Under the pieces are notes generated by a model that did no database searches, was not told the origin of the DNA, and worked only from the letters and a program-made list of their open reading frames with translations. 64,000 nt of DNA, taken from NCBI RefSeq assembly GCF_902459465.1, contig NC_047070.1, positions 13,516,001 to 13,580,000 of the forward strand, given 5' to 3'. Below are positions 26,801-38,981 of the stretch, one piece after another. A program made the translations under genes and the position numbers. The stretch is from Asterias rubens. Lineage: Eukaryota. Within the stretch, counting starts at the first letter, position 1, and every line of letters begins with the position of its first letter.

Positions 26801-28034
26801 AACGAAAATGGCAGCACGGTAGTCAGATATCTGGGTTACTGGTCGATCGAACTTTCCTCTTTGACTGACAAGCAGAATGTATCCTTATTTCGGGGTTTTG
26901 TCTTATTTCACATTGTCCTGAAGCTACTAACTCTCAGTATATACGTCAAAAACACTCCTTTAAAACACTTCGAAAAGTAGGGTATTAAGAATAAAGTGTT
27001 TATCTTCGTCAAAAGTATCTTTACTGATTGTAGAGCCGTGCGATTCCTTCTTTAACTTCCTACTACAGAAGGTAACATTTCAATTAAGATGTGTTGCAGA
27101 CTAAACCAAAAAATTAATACGCGCATGAAGTAAATCCCGCTACCTTTAAACCTAACAACATGTTGTCGTATGGCTCATGTCGTCTAAACTATACTGCCAC
27201 CGGTACTGTCTTTGAATCAAGAAAATGTGCAGCATTGGTCATGTTGACAAAACGCTGCTATTGGCAATGAACCGGATAATAAACCTAAACTTTAACAATA
27301 AATTGACTAAAATGCCACTATTAATGATAATACTTAATCCCAATGTCATGAGGTAAGGCCTACAACTTTTGTAGTGTTGGACCAAGCTTATAATATGTGA
27401 GCCAAGATGAAGTTCAGCATTGGTAAAGTTAACAAAACTATTGCTTTTTTGATTGGCGTATGTTGAATGAAGATAGTGCACGGTTTGACATTTGGAAAAC
27501 TGTCACTGCTAGTTAACTTTGACTCTGTAAATCAAAACAACATGAGTATAAGCAATTTCTTTAGGAAGGTTGTGTATTTTCCTTCATTCATACATACTGT
27601 TTCTGTATTTATAACATTCATTATCAATTTAATGCTCTTGAAAGTAGCAATCCTAGCTTATCTATACGGTGTACAAACACTCTTAATACAACAGTATGAT
27701 ATATCTGCATTGTGTATACATTTGATTACCAAAATCATCCCATCCATCTAAACTTGAAGAGACAGGTCTAAAGGTCCATCTCAATGCATTATTGATGCGG
27801 CTAAGGAAACGCTGTTCAAATCAAACACTTTTTTTTGTCTTTTTGTTGTGCGTACACGGCAAATACTTGAGCTATTTGACTGATAAATGAAACCCATGCC
27901 CACTCTCTGCCACTTGAAATGCTATCAGTCAAGCCACCGACCCCTCAAGACACAGAGACGGGGTCTCCGTCCATGTATCTACGAAGGGTTGCCCGGAAGA
28001 TCGTCTCTTGTTGTTGCTCACTGTCCATTATTAA

Positions 28035-28326
28035 AGGCACTGGACACTTATGCTAATTACTCAAAACAATTGTTAGCATTTGAGAAAGAGGTTTTAATTC
28101 CTCACTTAAATTATAAAAGATTCCAGCTGAAGCCATTTCTTGAATGTGCATCTGAAAGCATACAAAGTAATATAACAGGGGTGTTTTTTCTTTCATTATT
28201 CTCTTGGAAATTCGAAGACACATTAGTCCCATTAATTTTCACAAAATTGTTATTTATGCACCTGTTGGGATACACCAGTTGAGAATATACTGGTCTTTGA
28301 CAATTTGCCAAACGTGTCCAGTGCCT
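28035..28326. mobile_element. TTAA MITE family A, internally deleted
   Basis: TTAA|AGGCACTGGACAC...GTGTCCAGTGCCT|TTAA. Confidence 0.85.
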
Positions 28327-28398
28327 TTAAAGACAACTTTTCTTTGATTCGTGATGTACTTCTTGTATATGGAACTAAGGTGTCTACAGAGTGGCCCT

Positions 28399-28695
28399 AT
28401 CCTCATCATTATCATCATGTAGGCTGTGTTCATCCAGTGTAAGATGTAGCCCTCCTCATGTTGACTCCATTCGTTTCTATTTCTTGCAAATTATTGTCCA
28501 TGTTGCTCCTTCGTAAACCCTGATGTCATCTCTCCTTCTTCTTCTCTGTCTACCTCTTTTCCTTATCCCTGGCCTTGTTGCCAATCCATTATTCTGTATG
28601 TCCATCTATTGTCATTTATTCGGGCAGTGTTTGCAGCCCATCTCCATTTAGCTAGTCTTAATGTCTTTATGATGTCTCTTACTCCATTCACCTTA
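28399..28695 (-). mobile_element. 3' end of an RTE-clade LINE
   Basis: The minus strand translates to VRDIIKTLRLAKWRWAANTARINDNRWTYRIMDW, then after a frameshift GIRKRGRQRRRRRDDIRVYEGATW, followed by a (TGA)n-like tail. This is the typical RTE C-terminus. Confidence 0.8.
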
Positions 28696-29485
28696 TAGTG
28701 GAAGTCAAATTATTAGTTCCCTTTTCACATGTGAATAAGTAACTCTGCTCTCAATTTTTTTACACAACCTCATAAAGGTCATCTTTGAAGCGAAACTATC
28801 ACGTGTTTATCGTAAATAGTTGCGACATAAGGCCTTGATTGCAAGAAGACTTCTACGTCTACTGCCCTAATAGTAGGCCTCACACCGTCTTCATGAACCT
28901 ATAAGGTCATTAGTTAACTTGTATGGGTATCATCAATTGCTTATGTACACTGTGGAGTTCTTAAGTGGGGTTATCAATAATGAGTGGCGAAGAGAAATAT
29001 TCATCCTCTATTTTAATTTAATTCGACATTTTGGTAGCTACGAACATGAAATTGCAAATAATGACCTTTATAGCAAAAAACAGACGACAGTTATCTCTGA
29101 TTGGATGGTTGAACTCATACATTAGTCCTCGTTTCCTTTGTAGTTGTGTTTCAGTAGGTCCCGTTATTTATAGTACATGCAATTCAATTACTAGTTCAAC
29201 ATTATGAGTGACAAAAGTCATGCTCAAAATACCCAATACACGATGAAGTCAAGTCGACTTGATCCGTTTGATTACTATGTGCCTATAAATGCCATTGTGT
29301 TGTTAGCCATTAGTGCTATCATGTAGCCACCATTCTTGTTTGGCAAAACTACAAATCTGGATCAATTTTGTACACCATGGAATGTTCGATGCATTTTATT
29401 GTGACGTCATCATGAAACCGTGCAAATACATGAGGCATTATGGGTAGATCTCTCTCTCGCTCTTTACTATACAACTGTCTATTAA

Positions 29486-29828
29486 AGGCACTGTACACGT
29501 TTGGTAATTGTCAAAGACCAGTGTTCTCACTTGGTGTATCCCATCATAAGCATAAAATAACGAGTCTGTGAAAAGTTGGGCTCAATTGTTCATCGAAGTT
29601 GCGAGAAAATGATGACAAAAAAACCACCCTTGTTGGATGAAAGACTTCTAGCTAGAAGTCTTGTATTTTTTTATAGTGAGAAATTATTATTTCTCAAAAA
29701 CTACGTTACTTCAGAGGGAGTCGTTTCCCACAACGTTTTATACGATCAACAGCTCTTCAATGCTCGTTACAAAGTCAGTTTTCAAATTAATATTTGTTTT
29801 GAGTAATTACCAAACGTATACCTTCCCT
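29486..29828. mobile_element. TTAA MITE family A variant, opposite orientation
   Basis: TTAA|AGGCACTGTACACGTTTGG...CCAAACGTATACCTTCCCT|TTAA. Confidence 0.85.
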
Positions 29829-30006
29829 TTAATAGTGTAGATTCGAGTTTATATAAGAGCCTAAGTTTTCGCAAGGCGCTTTACAAAGTATATTCAATAA
29901 ACTTCAACTATTATTATTATTATTTAGTTGGCGTTCCATTAACACATGTGTTTCAACTTTTATTTGTCCTTCTGTTGACGTTGTCCTTGTTTCATTTTCT
30001 GACCAG

Positions 30007-31528
30007 GCCAGGCGGATGGTGGATGTCATTACCATGAGAATGGACGGAGTTGACCCACATGCTAAGGATCTACCATGTCGACGTGCCTCCTTACAACCAA
30101 CCCTACTCAGTCATCGACGCTCAACAACCCTTGCACCAAAAGCTCTGCTCTCGGCAGACGGCAATAGTAGAGTTGAACTCCGAAGCCCACTCCTTAGTTC
30201 CAGACATCTCCCTTCTCGACTCCGGAAAGCTTCCTTGTCCAACCTTAGAACTATACCGTGTATCACGGCACTGTCCATTAATATGTCGCTGCTGGTCAGA
30301 CAGTTTCAGTCTGTGACGGGTAACCCTGAATTTGATGCAGACGTGTTGCGATTGGCAATCCTCTTTAACGATGTGGGTACCGTCTCACGTATACTACACA
30401 CCCACTTCAGCTTATTCAATGTTAATTATGATGTTGTAGCCGGTCCAAGTACGAAGAATGTCCGACCTCGAAGCGATAGCCTTACTGTTCAGGTGTTGCT
30501 CAACCAGAGTACGGCACTCATCAGCAATTGGGAGAGGAGTCTTGAGGATTCACCTGATCACGATAAACCCAAACCCTCTGTGTTTACCAATGCATTACAT
30601 CTGGCCATTGCCTGTGGCTCTACGGAGGTTGTGCGTCTGCTAGTTAAGTGCGGAGTGGATCCCAACTGCGAAGGAGTGGATCCACCAACGGACCTAGAGC
30701 TGTCAGCTAATCAACAGAACAACGGCACTGATCACGACGGCTTCCAGTACTTCGCAAATCAGATCAACCAGGTCCGGGAGTGGTTTTTAAAACCAGCAAT
30801 TCATCTCGCGACACGGATGGCCAACTGCCTGATTGTCAAGACCTTACTCCGATACGGTGCAGACCCTGAGGCCGAGGACAGTCAAGGATCAACGCCTCTC
30901 CACGTTGCCGCCCAAGCACCTCTGGAGAGGTGGGAATGTGCTTCTATTTTCATTGAACACGGTGCAAGGATATTCAAAGAAGATCAGAATGGAGAACGAC
31001 CTGTTGACATTGCTCCTGGGTTAGAAGTCCTTCAACAGAAAGTTCTACACGAGACTCTGGAAGTGTTTTACCCCGACAAGGGTCCAAATGACCCAGAAGA
31101 GGATGTACTGCAGCAGAGAATCAATTCAGTACGTGACAGTCGGAAGGTCTCACTTGGCTTGCTAGCTCTACCGCGCTTTGTAGCCAAAGTAGCCCGTTCC
31201 CGTTCTCCAAACTCTAGAGATCGCTGCGCCACAGTGTGCATCCCACAGGAGACCAACTCGGAGAGAGAGTCACCAGATCAGATATCCGTAGATAAACGGA
31301 ACCGTAAGATGAGTCTTGGTCTGTGGCACTGGTTGGATAGACGCCGTAGATCAAGGGAAGATCCTGTCAAGATCGACACGGAACATTCTGACTCAACCCC
31401 GGCTCAAGTCACTCAGCAAGAGAAAGCATCTGAGCCTGCTCCCTTGAGTCTACCGAGCGTATTGCCAGGAAGTGCAGAACCCAGACCCAGTCGATCGAGA
31501 ACGCACACCATGGAGAATATAGATGAAG
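30007..31528 (+). CDS. Coding exon 2: end of the PTB helix, ankyrin repeats, basic/Ser-rich regions
   Basis: Acceptor ttttctgaccag| (phase 0) and donor GAAG|gtaagt (phase 1). Ankyrin motifs ALHLAIACGSTEVVRLLVKCGVDPN, AIHLATRMANCLIVKTLLRYGADPEAEDSQG and STPLHVAA...IEHGARIFKEDQNGERPVD. Confidence 0.93.
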
Positions 31529-31772
31529 GTAAGTCTAGTTTCCTTGTCTATGAAAAAAACTCCTTCAGTTCAAATTGTTGATATACCTATTTTAGATAAT
31601 TAATAATAATATAATAATAATAAGAAGAAATCAACAAATACAATCCTGTCAGATACGGAACGGTTCACAAACAGAGAATTGTTTTGTACAAGTGCCCTTA
31701 ATCCTAAACAGGCTAATATTGAATTTCTCGAACTCGCATTTAAATGTTGTATCCCGAGTGTATAGCTATCAG

Positions 31773-32000
31773 ATCTACATATAAACGTGTCAAAGCCTTT
31801 TCAGGATCTAGACAAGGTGAGAAGACAATGAAGAAGTTTTCAGTTTAGAACTGGGAGGAAAACTCCAGAGATGTGTTCCTGCGAAAACCCACGAAGTCAA
31901 GTAGGGACTGAAAAACCCAATCCACATAGTGCCCCCGGTATAATTCGAACCGGGGTCCCCAGAGTTGGAAGGCGAGGCAAAACACCACTGCGCCAACCTG
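31773..32000 (-). mobile_element. tRNA-derived SINE with a V/Meta-like central motif
   Basis: The minus strand has the head GTTGGCGCAGTGGT...GGTTCGAATT and the body GTGGGTTTT...GTTTTCCTCCCAG. Copies at 50796-51027 and 52129-52320. The domain name is an inference. Confidence 0.75.
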
Positions 32001-32350
32001 CGCGCAACCATGAATATGCAGACGTTTACATACGCCAACGCATTCACCATGTAATAATCTTGCATAATGATGAAAACCAACCTGCGCTGATAATTGATTT
32101 TTGCTGAGCTGAGAACATTTGAATAATTATTAAATCAAGTTGACCCAAAATAAAGAACCGAAAGAGTACAACCAGCCCTTGCTCTTTCATGTCAGTGAAG
32201 ATTAATTATTTGTTATGTTTTCTCTATGGAAATGCTACACTTCAAGTGAAAATCTTATAAATAAATTACAAAGTATAAACAATTTTTTTTTTTTTTTTAA
32301 TATTATTTTTACAAAAAACTGTGATCAGGACTACTGCTCATTCAAATTAA

Positions 32351-32753
32351 AGGGAAGGTACATGTTTGGTAGTTACTCAAAACAAAAATTAACTTAAAAA
32401 CTGACTTGGTAACAAGCATTGGAGAGCTGTTGATAGTATAAAACATTGTGGAAAACGACTCCCTCTGAAGTAATGTAGTTAAAAAAAAAAAGAAGTAATT
32501 TCTCACCAAAATATTAAAAGACTTCTTGTTAGAAGTCTTGCTAGAAGTCTTTTATTCCTATCTTAAAGCAAACAAATTCGTCCAACAATGGTGTTTTTTC
32601 TTTCATCATTTTCTCCCAACTCCGATGACCAATTTTGCAACTTCGATGACCAACTGAGCTCAAATTTTCACAGGTTTGTTATTTTATGCATATGTTGAGA
32701 TACGCCAAGTGAGACCACTGGTCTTTGACAATTACCAATAGTGTACCTTCCCT
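32351..32753. mobile_element. TTAA MITE family A variant
   Basis: TTAA|AGGGAAGGTACATG...GTGTACCTTCCCT|TTAA. Confidence 0.85.
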
Positions 32754-33544
32754 TTAAAAGACCCGAAGCTGGTTCCAATGTACCCCAGCACCAAATCCAA
32801 CACGGCTGATAAAAGCTAAACTCTTTCGCGACTGATGGAGTCCGTATTTGTCAAAATAATTTACCTGTACCATGCATTTATAAATTATCTTGCAGGTGTG
32901 GAAGTCTTCATGAATGAAGTCATTGTATCTATTGTAAATTCAAATTACAGCCCGAAATGTAATCGTTATTGTTCAGTTGCTTAGAGTAAAACTGTTTTAT
33001 GGTTTGCCTCATTTTACTATAATATTTGACCCTGTCCAAAGTGACGTAAGTACGGGTCGAGGCACGTGCCGCACCGGATGGTCACGTCACTTGAAACATT
33101 GGAAATCTGTGGACATGTGGCATTTTGAAAATTCCCGGGGAATATAATGCTTATCAGCTGTCATTCGGTGTTACTCAATGTTTAAAGAGTTAATATATTT
33201 GTGTTTACATCTACGTCAGATGATCGTCTAAAAACAGTAAACTGCTGCTTTAGGAGTGCGCCATAAAAGTGCATAACATTCTTGTATACCTAAATAAAGA
33301 TACTTCAAATGTATACTTAATCTTCAGTGTTAATGCTCAGAGTGATCCCCTTTACAAACTGGAACAGCCTCTTGGTCCACTAAATATCTATAAACAAAAA
33401 TCTCCCCCAAAAATAAACCTTTTTTTTCGTCGCTGCTTGTGTGCATATAGAGTGCTTACATAGCCCCAGCCCAAGTCTAACAAAAGCACCCCTATCATGT
33501 TCTACTCGAACCATCCCATGATTTGTCATCTTCCTTGTCTCCAG

Positions 33545-33735
33545 ATATCTGCAGCGAGACGTTTGCAGCGGAGAGGAGCATCCAGGTCCTACAGCGTCTT
33601 TCTTCCAACACGGAATGTCTTCCATTACTTCTTGAGCGCCTACCATCGTGCCTTCCTAAACTCCAGCCCCTCACTGCAAGCCTCGGTGGTCAAATAGGCA
33701 TGGGTGTCGGTAAATTGCTACGAAATATCCTCCAG
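33545..33735 (+). CDS. Coding exon 3 (ARM/HEAT-like helical segment)
   Basis: Acceptor tcttccttgtctccag| (phase 1; G+AT gives D) and donor CAG|gtaaga (phase 0). Translation DICSETFAAERSIQVLQRLSSNTECLPLLL...GKLLRNILQ. Confidence 0.85.
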
Positions 33736-34094
33736 GTAAGACTCATATCACAAAATATTTGCACTGTCATGTTTTAAGGTATGAAGAGTGACGTAAACTT
33801 GACATTCGTCCAAAGTTTCCTTGAATGACGAAAAACCTTGCTTCAAGACTTCTGATAATGACAAACTGCTCAATAGGGTCACTGACCTTGAGTACATTCC
33901 CGCCATTTTCAGGGTCCAGGTTAGATACTTAACAAGACATCTTACTTGAAAAATTGTTTTTCTTCTGAATCCGACTCGATCAATTTCCCACAGGGGCTTA
34001 CTCCCCAAAATCAGCAATAAATTTACTCCTTTATTGTTATGCATGCTATACACCAACCAGGAAAATGTAACAGATATATGAGTAAGGACGTATT

Positions 34095-34424
34095 ATATAG
34101 AAAGGTTTCCGGTAACACCATGTAATGACTATCTCTAATGAGTTGGGGTGGTTCTGAAAAGAACCGTTGGTTTCAACTCGACGTTTCGATCAGTATGCTC
34201 TGATCGTCTTTTCTCCAGAAGACGATCAGAGCATACTGATCGAAACGTTGAGTTGAAACCAACGGTTCTTTTCAGAAGACGATCAGAGCATACTGATCGA
34301 AACGTCGAGTTGAAACCAACGGTTCTTTTCAGAACCCCCCAACTCATTAGAGATAGTCATTACATGGTGTTACCGCAAACCTTTCTATATCGTATTTCCA
34401 CCATGCAAAGTTTCAAATCCTACT
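34095..34424. mobile_element. Penelope-like (PLE) palindromic pLTR insertion with a 12 bp TSD and three hammerhead-like units
   Basis: TSD TAAGGACGTATT at 34083-34094 and 34425-34436. The left arm is an inverted copy of the right arm, which contains a 57 bp direct repeat (34218, 34275) carrying GAAGACGATCAG-AGCATA-CTGATCGAAACGTYGAG. Confidence 0.7.
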
Positions 34425-34672
34425 TAAGGACGTATTGTTCTTTATTATAATAACACTTTTTATACTAACCGAGTACGTAACAGAATACGTCATGTGCTTG
34501 ATTAAAACATGCAGATAAACCACATTAAGCAATTAATCAACTTCTTCTATTAATCAACTTTGGATCTGACTTGAAGTGAGATGTTTTGTTCTTCTATGTG
34601 ATATAAAACGATGACCCTTTGTTATCGCCATTTGTTGTTTTGGTCTTAACCGAGGTCTTCCTATTTTATTAA

Positions 34673-35030
34673 AGACAGTGGACACTATTGGTAAATGTCA
34701 AAGACCAGCCTTCTTACTTGGTGTATCTCAACATAGGCATAAAATAACTAACCTGTGAAAATTTGAGCTCGATTGGTCGTCGGAGTTGCGAGATAAATAT
34801 GAAAGAAAAACACCTTTGTCACACGAAGTTGTGTGCTTTCAGATGCTTGATTTCGAGACCTCGAATTCTCAACTTGAGGTCTCGAAATCAAATTCGTGGA
34901 AAAATACTTCTCTCTCAAAAAACTACGTCACTTCAGAGGGAGCCGTTTCTCACGATGTTTTATACTATCAACCTCTCCCCATTTTTTGCTAATAATTATT
35001 TTGAGTAATTACCAATAGTGTCCACTGCCT
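34673..35030. mobile_element. TTAA MITE family A, opposite orientation
   Basis: TTAA|AGACAGTGGACAC...GTGTCCACTGCCT|TTAA. Confidence 0.88.
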
Positions 35031-36547
35031 TTAAGAGATTCGATTTTAATCGGAAGCTAACTATAAACATCTTCAATGCTCAGATTATTTTCAGGCCACT
35101 TAAACCTTCACAAATTTCAAATAAGATTAGACAATAAGACCATAATAGGGACAGTTATGGTTTGGGCTCAACACAACTAGAACCTACTTCCCTTCTATGC
35201 CAGACATCTATCTGTAAAAGGTCAGCTATAGAATAGAATAGAAATGCCTTGATCATTTATGTGGGGCTGAGACCTCATTAGTAAAAACAAGGTAATAGCT
35301 CTAACGTCATAACCCCCCACTAATTCAATTTCTGCACGGGGTCATGCAATTGAGAACAGTAGCTTATATCGTGTGCATTAAGTTGTGCAAAATGAGCATA
35401 TGTTACATGTTATTTTAATAATAATGTCCGTATTATGTTTGTAAACAAGTTTTGATGAAAGAATTTGCTTGCCGTCCCAATTTCTTCCTCCCCTCTTTAA
35501 ACACAAGGTGACAAAGGGAAACACACCGAGTTTGTTTGTTGTCCGCTTCCGTTATGTGCTTTTTATAGAAACTGCAGGTCTTCCTCCATTAACCTTTTCA
35601 AATAACAAAATGTATCTGAAAATAAGATAACAATCATTCTAGCAGACCTAATTGATGGAATGTCCTTGGCTGTATTCAAGTTATGGCCAACATTCCCTCA
35701 GATAATTACTTCTTATGTTTTCCCAAACCTAGTCAAATTGTTTCTCCAAAGCCTGCCTTCACCACACACTGCAACTTCCACTAACGAGAAGGATGTTTTC
35801 CTATTGTCCAAATAAATTTCTTTCAGTCAAAGTGTTTTCCCTTTTGTTTACATCTCTTTGGTCATCGCAATTGCGCAAACACTTTGTTATTAAAATGATT
35901 CAGATAAAAATATATAACGTAATAACGTCTTTGGATTGCTTGGACCCTTTAAAGCCGATATAATTAGTCTTATATCCTATCCCTGATGATTTGTTAGATA
36001 TTATATTCCACAATACATCTCTCGAATGGCGACTGTTCAAATATAGGTTGGTCACCGTGATCTCTCCCAGCCAGTGAAAGTAGTTCTCAAGGACACGATT
36101 GCACGCATCAACTATCCCCTAAACTGCTCATGTAATGATAGTGGTTGGAGTGCTGGAATATTAGTACGGTTGCTTGGTGATGGAGCAGTGTAATGGAGGT
36201 AATGAAGCGGGTAAAATAGCTGGAGTGGACCATAGGTTAAGTTATATATCACGGCGATTTATTATCCCACAGTGATTTGTAGTTTGATGTTCTTTGATAA
36301 TGCTAAAGGGCTGAGAAGAGTGGTTACCAACATTTATTGATATTGGAGCGCAGAAATGTTGTATTTATTGGTAACAAAATGTATAATAATATGTTAACAA
36401 GAATTGTAATTTGTAATTCAGTTTGTTTACATGACTTCCTTGCGGGTAGATTACCTTGTGAATCACTGTTACAAACATAATTTCTCCTTCTAAACCGAGA
36501 TGCTAATTGCATGCACCGCACTCGGTTGTTTCCATCTTGCATTTTAA

Positions 36548-36927
36548 AGGCAGTGGACACTATTGGTAATTACTCAAAATAATTATCAGCATAAAACCTC
36601 ACTTGGTAACAAGTTATGGGGAGAGGTTGATAGTATAAAACATTGTGAGAAACGGCTCCCTCTGAAGTGGAATGGTTTTTCAAGAAAGAAGTAATTTTCC
36701 ACGAATTTGATTTCGAGACCTCAAGTTTAGAATTTGAGGTCTCGAAATCAAGCATCTGAAAGCACATAACTTCGTGTGACAAGTGTGTTTTTTCTTTCAT
36801 TATTATCTCGCAACTTTGACGACCAATTGAGCTCAAATTTGCACATGTTTGTTATTGTATGCATATGATGAGATACACCAAGTGAGAATTACTGGTCTTT
36901 GACAATTACCAATAGTGTCCAGTGTAT
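36548..36927. mobile_element. TTAA MITE family A
   Basis: TTAA|AGGCAGTGGACAC...GTGTCCAGTGTAT|TTAA. Confidence 0.88.
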
Positions 36928-38075
36928 TTAAATCTACCATTACCGCTGATACATTTTGTATTTTATATAAAAACATTGGCTCCAATACGCTAAGATTTCC
37001 CGGTATTTAAAAACAATTGAACTTAAATTGTCAATTTAAGGTCGACTCGAGATACAATAAGCAATGTTCAGCCATTAGTATTATTTCAGTCGCAAAACCA
37101 GCCATCCAAAATAACTGTTATTGGAGTTAACCGTATTCAATTGCATGGTCGACAATTTGATTCCGTTTTATATCAGAGTCGAGTATTGGAAGTAATGTGA
37201 TCTTATTACGTCTTGTACGGGACCGTACATTTTGTAGTTTATGTTTTTCAAAAATAAATATATACTGGAAGGACTGACTCTTCGACCCATAAACCCGTTC
37301 CTTAAATAAAACATTAAAAATGTAGAACATTTGAGTGAATACTGCCCTAAAAGTAGAAAACTGCAGAATGTAAGCCTTTTCTCTTAATATATGGTCTAAC
37401 CAAGGGTGAATCAGCCCTTCATAAAAAAACGGAATCAGCTTGTCAGCCCATTTAATATTGTGGCGAGCCTTGTACATGAGAGTCTCGCCTTTAATCATTA
37501 AGCAGGTGATGGCGTGTGGTTTCTCATAGTGAAAATCAAACATTGTAGACGTCGGTTGCTCTCTTCCGTTTGACGGAACAAATACCCTTAAATTAAAAGT
37601 CACTGCTACGGGAGTTTTTCTTTTTAATAACGCAGAAGATCGACTGAGTTTAGCCATAGTCGGTGCAATGTTTATTTTAGGGGTTATTTATGTGGACGGA
37701 TATCTTTAACATTGGTGTTTAAACACAATGATTTCTGCACGCGCGCAGTTTGAGCTACCTTTGAGATTGGCAAGGGCAGGCACCTATTCGGTCTGGACGC
37801 TATTGTTTAATACGTGTGTGGTGTTGAATGATGATGTGCTTTACTGTGTTATAACAATTGGATCACGCAGTTGCTAAGATATGAACATTGAATGTCTTCA
37901 TAATTATGCGTACATGGAGTGCGATCAAAACAATGTGTGTCAAATCTTTGTATGGTTCCAAGCAACGATCGATCGATTTTCTTTACAAACTCAATGCTTG
38001 ATATCTTAGAATTTCTAATTGGAAGAGCTGTTTTTAATAACCAAAACCTCTCCCTATACCCCCTTTGACCGTTAG

Positions 38076-38981
38076 GCGTGCACGGCGCCATCTGGAACTG
38101 ACGGGACCATCGAGGGAACGGAGACGGGTGGAAATCACCATGGTGCCGGCGATTTGGAGGGCATCCGAGGCGAGAGGCTCGGCAAACTGTTCCGTATTGC
38201 CCTTCATTTCGTCAGGTGTGGGGAGTGCGTCCGTGATGCGGCTCTGGGCGTTGTTAACACGGTGCTAAAGCTTCACTTGAAGATGGAGAATCGGACTTCG
38301 TATTGCGCTTGCAGCCCCAAGAAGGTCCGTCCAGGATCAGATATGAACACCTCCCCAAGACGTGCCTTAAGGCAACAAACTGAAAGTACATGCAACAAGA
38401 CGGGAGCAACACTGGGAGTGGTTTGCAACCATCACCCCAACTCAAAAGGGGGCGAATCTCTTTCGGTCCCCTCAAGTCCAAATATGGAAAACTTTAGGCT
38501 TAAGATGGATGCAATTCAACCCAAGACATCTTCTCCTGGATTGTCCAGAAAGCATAGCTTCCGATACAGTTCAAACTCATTCTATGCTAAGAGATTGGTC
38601 CTTCGTAAAAGTGTCCATTCCAAGTTGGGTAAGTTTGCCCGGAGTATTGGCCGGGGTGCCAAGACGAAGCAGACCGCCCAGCAGACGGCAACTCCGAGTG
38701 CGGTCCGGCTTCTCACTACGGTGGACGTAGAGATGCTTTTAGATTGCCTCCATAGTGTCTCCAAACCAGATTCTTCAAGTGAGGATTCTTCCAGTGATAA
38801 CGCACCTTCTTCGACCGGATCGAGATCCGAGGAGTCCGGCCCTACACAGGTCAAGCAGGCCCAGCGGCTCGCCGCTAGGGCCCTGTTGACAATCGCTAGC
38901 TTACCGTCCACCCGGAGAGCTCTTATGCGACCGGAATACCTGTGGAAACTCTTATCTGTGCTTGAGCCTTCATGTGATCAG
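38076..38981 (+). CDS. Coding exon 4 (helical segments interrupted by Ser/Arg-rich low-complexity sequence)
   Basis: Acceptor ctttgaccgttag| (phase 0), 906 nt open frame, donor CAG|gtaagg (phase 0). ARM-like segment QRLAARALLTIASLPSTRRALMRPEYLWKLLSVL. Confidence 0.9.

Noticed and set aside
26786-26980. Alternative first coding exon MGSTYNENGST
   Set aside because: The Kozak context is good, but the donors are weak and there is no other support.
27239-27751. Ancient CR1/L2 RT remnant on the minus strand
   Set aside because: Only faint motif echoes across several frames; not supportable without an HMM search.
34135-34347. CRISPR-like repeat-spacer array
   Set aside because: The units are contiguous or inverted with no unique spacers, no cas genes are present, and the context is a eukaryotic intron. 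A PLE insertion explains it better.
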